Both the position numbers and the translations under genes were made by a program. A DNA stretch of 64,000 nt from Candidatus Neomicrothrix sp. (GTDB lineage: Bacteria; Actinomycetota; Acidimicrobiia; Acidimicrobiales; Aldehydirespiratoraceae): NCBI GenBank assembly GCA_017852795.1, contig JAFMKU010000006.1, forward strand, positions 2,448 through 66,447. The letters run 5' to 3'. The notes below the pieces were generated by a model. It was not told where the DNA came from. It worked only from the letters and a program-made list of their open reading frames with translations, and searched no databases. This document shows, piece after piece, positions 58,874 through 64,000 of the stretch; within the stretch, counting starts at the first letter, position 1; every line of letters starts with the position of its first letter.

Positions 58874-60061
58874 GTCGATCCGAGCCAACCAGAGCCCGGG
58901 GGCATCAATCTCAGCGGGGGTGGGCAGATGAGCTACGTCGGTGAAGAGACGATGCAACCCTTCGCTTCCCGCTCGTTCAACCACGCCATCAGCGAAGGCG
59001 GTTCCGCGGTCGTAGTGCGCGGCGTCAAGTTCCAGCCCGAGGATGCGTTCCACGAAGCGGTCGTTGGAGTTGGCTTCGACCCGTTGCCGTCGCAGCGCTT
59101 CGGTCACCATCGGGTAGGAGCCGATCAGGTTGGATCCGACGCGATCCATAACCCAGTCGACGTAGCCGGTGATGGCCGCAACCACCGCGGTCAGTTCGGG
59201 TTGGAGTTGTTGTTGAGCCGGCGAGCGAACCGCTCCCAGAATCAGGTCGGGATCGCCGATCATCGACTGCAAGTTGAGCAGCGCTTCGGGACCGGCTTCA
59301 AGGTCGAAGTCGCTGAGCTGTTCAAGCAGACGCTCATGGTTGGGGGAGAAACCCGCAGCGTGCTGGAGTAGCAGTCCATTGAGGTGGGCGTGCACGTGCG
59401 GGATGGACAGGACCGCAGCGTGGGCGACTTCGTGGAGACAAACCCAGAGACGCAGGTCGTCGCGGTCAAGCGACCAGTCGTGGCCGAATTCGTCAACGTT
59501 GCGCAACAAGATGAGGATGGGGCCACCGATCGGCCGAGGAACGGGGAGGCTGTATCCACCGAGTGAGCGACGGGCCAGGTTCCCAATCACTGAACCCATG
59601 GTCATGCCGAGTGTCATCGGCCCCATCAAGTCGGTGAGGCCCGTAAACAACCCGGGCGGTAGGTCGTTGTCGGTGAGATCGTCAGGGAACTCCATCGAAC
59701 TGGCCATGGCGTCGGCCAGCGTCTCGACCAGTGGCCGATAATCGTCGATCGTTTGGTCGGCCCACTGGGTTCGGTTACCGACGTCGACGGTTACTGCGGT
59801 GGTTGGGGATGGAAGGTCAGTGACCGCAGCCACTTGCAGCTCAGCCACCCGAACCAGCTGTTCAACCGCGATACGGTCGGTCGGGTCAATGTTGGGTTCC
59901 GAGGCGCCATCGTTGGCGATGGTGTGGGCCAACTTTCGAGCAGAATCGCTGACGCCAGCCGTTGAACCGCTCAACATCTTGAGAAGCTCGGTGAGGAACT
60001 CCGTACCTTCGAAAGGCCCATCACCGCCAAAAGGATTCTGGGGTGGAAGACCGTCGCTCAT
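58862..60061 (-). CDS. zinc-dependent metalloprotease, DUF2342 family (second paralogue)
   Basis: WVCLHEVAHAAVL (HExxH). Its overall layout matches the gene at 10492. Confidence 0.78.
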   Translation of the reverse strand: MSDGLPPQNPFGGDGPFEGTEFLTELLKMLSGSTAGVSDSARKLAHTIANDGASEPNIDPTDRIAVEQLVRVAELQVAAVTDLPSPTTAVTVDVGNRTQWADQTIDDYRPLVETLADAMASSMEFPDDLTDNDLPPGLFTGLTDLMGPMTLGMTMGSVIGNLARRSLGGYSLPVPRPIGGPILILLRNVDEFGHDWSLDRDDLRLWVCLHEVAHAAVLSIPHVHAHLNGLLLQHAAGFSPNHERLLEQLSDFDLEAGPEALLNLQSMIGDPDLILGAVRSPAQQQLQPELTAVVAAITGYVDWVMDRVGSNLIGSYPMVTEALRRQRVEANSNDRFVERILGLELDAAHYDRGTAFADGVVERAGSEGLHRLFTDVAHLPTPAEIDAPGLWLARIDLPG

Positions 60062-60078
60062 AGGGGCATCGTAGAGGG

Positions 60079-61161
60079 ATGGCCTTGGAAACTGTTGGCA
60101 ACACCACTGCCCCTGCTGGGGCTGTCGTCGCTGTCACCGGCGCCGCGGGGGCGATCGGGACCCGGTTGGTTGAACTGCTGTTGACGGCCAATGGTCCAGC
60201 GACGGTGCGGGCCATCGATCGGGTGGAAATCTCCGAACGGCCAGGGCTCAAAGTGGTGCAGTTAGATCTCGCCACCGACGAACTCGATTCAGCCTTCATG
60301 GGGGTGTCCACGGTCGTGCATCTCGCGACGGCATCAACTCCCCGAGTCGACGAAATGGCGAACGCTCAGGGCGAGCTTGAAATTCTTGACCGGGTGCTTG
60401 CAGCTTCAGCGGCGGCTGAGGTGACGCATCTTGTGGTGCTGTCGACTGCGATGGTCTACGGCGCATGGCCGGGCAACCCGGTACCGCTCACCGAGTCGGC
60501 GCCAATCCGACCCAACCCGGATTTCCCATGGGCCGCGACCCGAGCGCGGGTTGAACGGCGATGCCAGGAGTGGGGTCGTGAACATGGTGTCTCGGTAGCG
60601 GTGTTGCGCCCAACCGCCGTGGTCGCTGACGGCTTGCTGGGGGATCTCGCCCGGGCACTCGATTCGGCCCGTCAGGGAATCGCCGCCGATGGCGACCCTC
60701 CGGTTCAGTACCTGCACATCGACGACCTTGTTTCGGCGGTGGCCACGGTGGTTGGCGCCGCGTTTTCCGGTGTTGCCAACATCGCCCCGGACGGTTGGAT
60801 CCCGCCTGGTGCGCTGGCTGAACTCGAAGGGCCACGGCAGCGGTTACGAGCCCCGATGTGGGTGGTGGGCCAGTTGGCCGAGGTGCGATCTCGTTACGGT
60901 TTGGCTCCGATCTCGGCCGGGGTGCTGCCTTACACCGCGAGTTCGTGGGTGGTGGCCAACGACCAGATTCGTTCTTTGGGTTGGGACGCCAGCTACAGCA
61001 ACGAGGAGGCGTGGGTGGTCTCGCATGAACCGCACGCGTTGGAACGCCTGCCAGCCCGTAAACGCCAAGAGTTGGCTCTGGCCGCGATGGTGGTAGCGGG
61101 ACTGGGTGCCGGGTCGGCGTTGATCGCGGCGATCAGGCGATGGAGCCGACGTCTGACCTGA
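60079..61161 (+). CDS. NAD-dependent epimerase/dehydratase (extended SDR) with a C-terminal TM helix
   Basis: Rossmann motif [25 protein letters not shown]-terminal LALAAMVVAGLGAGSALIAAI. Confidence 0.72.
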   Translation: MALETVGNTTAPAGAVVAVTGAAGAIGTRLVELLLTANGPATVRAIDRVEISERPGLKVVQLDLATDELDSAFMGVSTVVHLATASTPRVDEMANAQGELEILDRVLAASAAAEVTHLVVLSTAMVYGAWPGNPVPLTESAPIRPNPDFPWAATRARVERRCQEWGREHGVSVAVLRPTAVVADGLLGDLARALDSARQGIAADGDPPVQYLHIDDLVSAVATVVGAAFSGVANIAPDGWIPPGALAELEGPRQRLRAPMWVVGQLAEVRSRYGLAPISAGVLPYTASSWVVANDQIRSLGWDASYSNEEAWVVSHEPHALERLPARKRQELALAAMVVAGLGAGSALIAAIRRWSRRLT

Positions 61162-61213
61162 GCAGCTTCCGGTTCGCAGGGCCGGTGAGGGGCATTGATG
61201 TCGACGGTCTACG

Positions 61214-61708
61214 ATGTGGCGGATGCTGAACCCCCCAAACGACACGGATGACTGGTTGGCGCTGACCAACGAACCACTACCGGTTGGCCCCGCGGTCGAT
61301 TGGGTGGTTCGCCCGGACTGTGGTGCATCGGTGGTTTTTAGCGGGACGGCGCGTGACCATGCCCCGGGCCGCAACGGCGTTGATCGGTTGGAGTACGAGG
61401 CTTACGAAGAACAGGTTCTGGTTCGGTTGGCTGCCATCGCAGTGGAGATGCGAACCCGTTGGCCGGAACTCGGCCGGGTTGCGTTGCTGCACCGGATCGG
61501 TCCGCTGGAGATCGGCGAATCGGCAGTGGTAGTGGCGGCATCGTCACCCCATCGGCCGGAGGCGTTCGAAGCAGCCCGTTTTGGTATCGACACGCTCAAG
61601 GGAACGGTTCCGATCTGGAAACGGGAACGGTGGGATGCGGGGGAGTCGTGGGGGCTGGAAGCCCAGCACATCGCCGACGTTCCTTCGCTGAGTGAGACGC
61701 CGCGATGA
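61214..61708 (+). CDS. moaE: molybdopterin synthase catalytic subunit
   Basis: GASVVFSGTARDH...LEYEAYEE...IGESAVVVAASSPHRPEAFEA...LKGTVPIWKRE. Confidence 0.85.
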   Translation: MWRMLNPPNDTDDWLALTNEPLPVGPAVDWVVRPDCGASVVFSGTARDHAPGRNGVDRLEYEAYEEQVLVRLAAIAVEMRTRWPELGRVALLHRIGPLEIGESAVVVAASSPHRPEAFEAARFGIDTLKGTVPIWKRERWDAGESWGLEAQHIADVPSLSETPR

Positions 61709-61914
61709 GCAACGCCCTGCTCTTTCTCGTCATACCGGTGCTGGTTGCTGTCATCGGTTCGCTAGTGCTTTCGGTGGCTTCGAAACAACGCCAGATCGTT
61801 GATCCTCCGTTCACTGAGCAGCTCCGGGCGTTGGCTCCGCAGGCCGACTCCCGCACGGGCGGCCAACCGAGCGGTATTGTCCCCCTTGACGAACCTCTAG
61901 CCGAGGAGGACTGA
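61705..61914 (+). CDS. small single-pass membrane protein (hypothetical)
   Basis: ATGA overlap with moaE. MSNALLFLVIPVLVAVIGSLVLSVA followed by an acidic tail. Confidence 0.4.
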   Translation: MSNALLFLVIPVLVAVIGSLVLSVASKQRQIVDPPFTEQLRALAPQADSRTGGQPSGIVPLDEPLAEED

Positions 61915-61916
61915 CC

Positions 61917-62933
61917 CTGGCACGCGACCTCGCGATCGATCTCGGCACCGCCAATACGTTGGTCTATGCGCGAGGAGAGGGCATCGTCTTGAACGAGCCG
62001 TCGGTTATCGCGCTCAACAGTCGGAGCGGCGAAGTGTTGGCGATGGGCGATGAAGCCTGGCAGATGATCGGCCGCACACCGTCCTACATCGTGGCCGTTC
62101 GGCCGCTGCGCAAAGGCGCGATCACCGACTTTGATGTCACGCAGCGAATGATTCGGTTGCTGCTTCGACGGGTCGGGGTGAGCCGGTTCAACCGTCCGCG
62201 GGTCGTGATCTGCGTACCGTCTGCCATTACCGCTGTTGAGCGGCGGGCGGTTACCGAAGCGGCGAAACGGGCCGGGGCTGCCGATGCTCGGCTGATTGAA
62301 CAACCCGTAGCCGCGGCGATCGGTGCCGACATGCCAATCAACGAACCGATCGGGAACATGGTGATCGACATCGGTGGTGGCACCACTGAGACGGCGCTGA
62401 TCTCGCTAGGTGGAGTGGTGGCGCTTGAAGCGGTCCGAGTTGGTTCGTTCGATATTGACAATGCCATTCAGTCGTTTGTGCGACGCGAATACGGGATCGC
62501 GGTTGGTGAACGAACTGCGGAAGACATCAAAATCGCTATCGGTTCGGCTCATCCGAGCGCGGATGGTAACAACGCCGAGGTTCGCGGTCGGGAACTCATG
62601 AGCGGCCTTCCCAAGACGATTGTGCTGAGTCCTGAAACGGTTCGAATGGCGATCGAAGAACCGATATCGGCCATGGTTGATTCGGTTTTGAGCTGTCTGG
62701 CTCAGGCCCCACCGGAGCTTGCTCAAGACCTGATTGTGCAGGGAATCCATCTGGTGGGCGGGGGAGGCATGCTGCGCGGCATGGACCTGCGCCTGTCCGA
62801 AGCATCCGAAGTGCCAGTTCGCTTGGTCAACGCCCCGTTGGAGTCGGTGGTTCTCGGCGCAGGGAAAGTCATCGAACACTTCGAATCGTTGCAGGCGATG
62901 TTCATGGACAACCCGGCGACTCGCCGGCGTTAG
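61917..62933 (+). CDS. mreB: rod-shape protein MreB (actin-like), probable CTG start
   Basis: DLAIDLGTANTLVY (phosphate-1), EPVAAAIGA, DIGGGTTE, LVGGG. The track start (TTG 61959) truncates the DLGTANT motif. In-frame stop at 61887-61889. No ATG/GTG/TTG between 61890 and 61958. GAGGAGG at 61903-61909. Confidence 0.88.
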   Translation: MARDLAIDLGTANTLVYARGEGIVLNEPSVIALNSRSGEVLAMGDEAWQMIGRTPSYIVAVRPLRKGAITDFDVTQRMIRLLLRRVGVSRFNRPRVVICVPSAITAVERRAVTEAAKRAGAADARLIEQPVAAAIGADMPINEPIGNMVIDIGGGTTETALISLGGVVALEAVRVGSFDIDNAIQSFVRREYGIAVGERTAEDIKIAIGSAHPSADGNNAEVRGRELMSGLPKTIVLSPETVRMAIEEPISAMVDSVLSCLAQAPPELAQDLIVQGIHLVGGGGMLRGMDLRLSEASEVPVRLVNAPLESVVLGAGKVIEHFESLQAMFMDNPATRRR

Positions 62934-62939
62934 CCAGCG

Positions 62940-63557
62940 TTAGTCGGCGTCAACCGGTCCGAGAAGCTCTTCTACCGCGTCGCGGACCTGCCGGTCTCGG
63001 TCGGATCGGGCCCGCTGCCAGGCCTCGTCGACCTCCGGCCCGTCGAAACTGGCGAGCGCCAGCACCGCCCGGCGGCGAATGGCGGGCTTGTCGGTGGTGG
63101 CGGACAGGATGGCACTCAGCCCTCGGTCGTGGCCCAGCGCCCCCAACGCGGCCACCGCCGCTTCCCGAACCAGCGGGTCGTCGTGGTCGCGGGCTAGCTG
63201 GGAGAGGCGGTCGATTGGTGGGTCCTCGGTTTCGGTTCGTTCGCCACAAGCCCAGGCGGCCATTTCGACAACGGTTGGGTCGGTGTCGTCGAGTAGTTGG
63301 GTGATCTCGGGTTCGGCCCGGGGAGCGGCCAGTTCCAACGCAGTGATACGAACCCGCCGGTCTGGATCGCAGAGAGCCTGTTGGACAATGGCAGAGTCGA
63401 GCACACCCAGACGGTCCAGACTTCTGAGTGCCGCCATCCTCACGGCCGGTTCCCGGTCGGAAAGACCTTCGGTGGCGGTCGAAGGATCACCGATGTAACC
63501 CGCCCGGAGCACCGCTAGGCGGCGTACTCGGGAACTCGCTGCGTTCTCTTGGTGCAT
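62940..63557 (-). CDS. HEAT-repeat protein
   Basis: Repeated D.xxVRxxAxxALgxlg units: EPAVRMAALRSLDRLG, DRRVRITALELAA, DPTVVEMAAWACGE, DPLVREAAVAALGALG, KPAIRRRAVLALASF. Confidence 0.7.
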   Translation of the reverse strand: MHQENAASSRVRRLAVLRAGYIGDPSTATEGLSDREPAVRMAALRSLDRLGVLDSAIVQQALCDPDRRVRITALELAAPRAEPEITQLLDDTDPTVVEMAAWACGERTETEDPPIDRLSQLARDHDDPLVREAAVAALGALGHDRGLSAILSATTDKPAIRRRAVLALASFDGPEVDEAWQRARSDRDRQVRDAVEELLGPVDAD

Positions 63558-63586
63558 AGCGGCTCGTTCGGTGCTGGCCCAGTGGC

Positions 63587-63991
63587 TTAGCCGAAGCCCT
63601 GTTCAAGCAGGTAGAGGAACCCGAACAAGGCGATACCGGTAGCGACGGCGAGGACAATCCCAAGGATGGTAACCAGCACGATCAAACCGATCACGGCTCG
63701 GAGTCGTTCCCACCAGCGGGTGTAAGCCTTCGGTCCGGAGACGGGACGTTCGACGCTGCGGCGGGCCAGACCGAGGACGCGTAAGGTGTCCAGCACGATG
63801 CTGTCCTCACGGTTTCCAAAGTTGAGCAGGTGCGACACCAGCGGGTTGCCAGTGGAAGCAAGCTGGTGAGTCCGGCGACGGAATCTCCGGTCGAGCGTGG
63901 CAGGCTGCAATCGATGGTGCGGCGGTTCAACGCTGTAGATCAGAACCGCAAGAACGAAAAGGAAGGTGAGAGTCATGAGTGAGGAGGCCAC
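63587..63991 (-). CDS. hypothetical membrane protein
   Basis: Hydrophobic N-terminal helix (LTFLFVLAVLIY) and C-terminal helices (IGLIVLVTILGIVLAVATGIALFGFLYLL). No family recognised. An alternative ATG lies at 63976. Confidence 0.4.
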   Translation of the reverse strand: MASSLMTLTFLFVLAVLIYSVEPPHHRLQPATLDRRFRRRTHQLASTGNPLVSHLLNFGNREDSIVLDTLRVLGLARRSVERPVSGPKAYTRWWERLRAVIGLIVLVTILGIVLAVATGIALFGFLYLLEQGFG

Positions 63992-64000
63992 GCCTGACGC

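Overview
This is a high-GC, densely coding chromosomal segment with about 60 protein genes and one tRNA, almost all housekeeping. Two WhiB-family genes and the gene order DExH helicase / topA / tmk / holB / tRNA-Thr / DUF2342 protease / tilS (as in the mycobacterial topA-tilS region) place it in Actinomycetota; this placement is an inference. Recognisable blocks, in order: (1) a helicase, a STAS/RsbW-like pair, nhaA, topA, tmk, holB and tRNA-Thr(CGT); (2) tilS, a Nudix gene and guaA; (3) one co-directional phosphate module, pstS-pstS-pstC-pstA-pstB-kinase-regulator; (4) pcrA, sucCD, an amidase, purH, a plsC-like gene, icd, an ABC exporter pair and mdh; (5) sdhCAB on the minus strand; (6) a GH2 gene, an AAA+ ATPase, a GH1-like gene, a MaoC gene and a VWA gene; (7) whiB, tatA, whiB; (8) a ROK kinase, ppk1 and a Nudix gene; (9) moaE, a small membrane ORF, mreB and a HEAT-repeat gene. 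I found no CRISPR array, transposase, integrase, prophage or recognisable defence island, so I do not claim a new multi-gene system. The most unusual content is in the Pho module. The histidine kinase has no transmembrane or PAS sensor and instead carries a complete PhoU domain fused to its N-terminus. PstC carries an extra RDD-like membrane domain. Other points worth a second look: a GH1-fold protein that appears to lack both catalytic glutamates; an AAA+/VWA pair split by two opposite-strand genes; an mreB that seems to need a CTG start codon; two unlisted small ORFs; and several regulatory repeats. All homology calls were made by eye from motifs, with no database search. Many long ORFs in the supplied track are antisense artefacts of high GC and were rejected.
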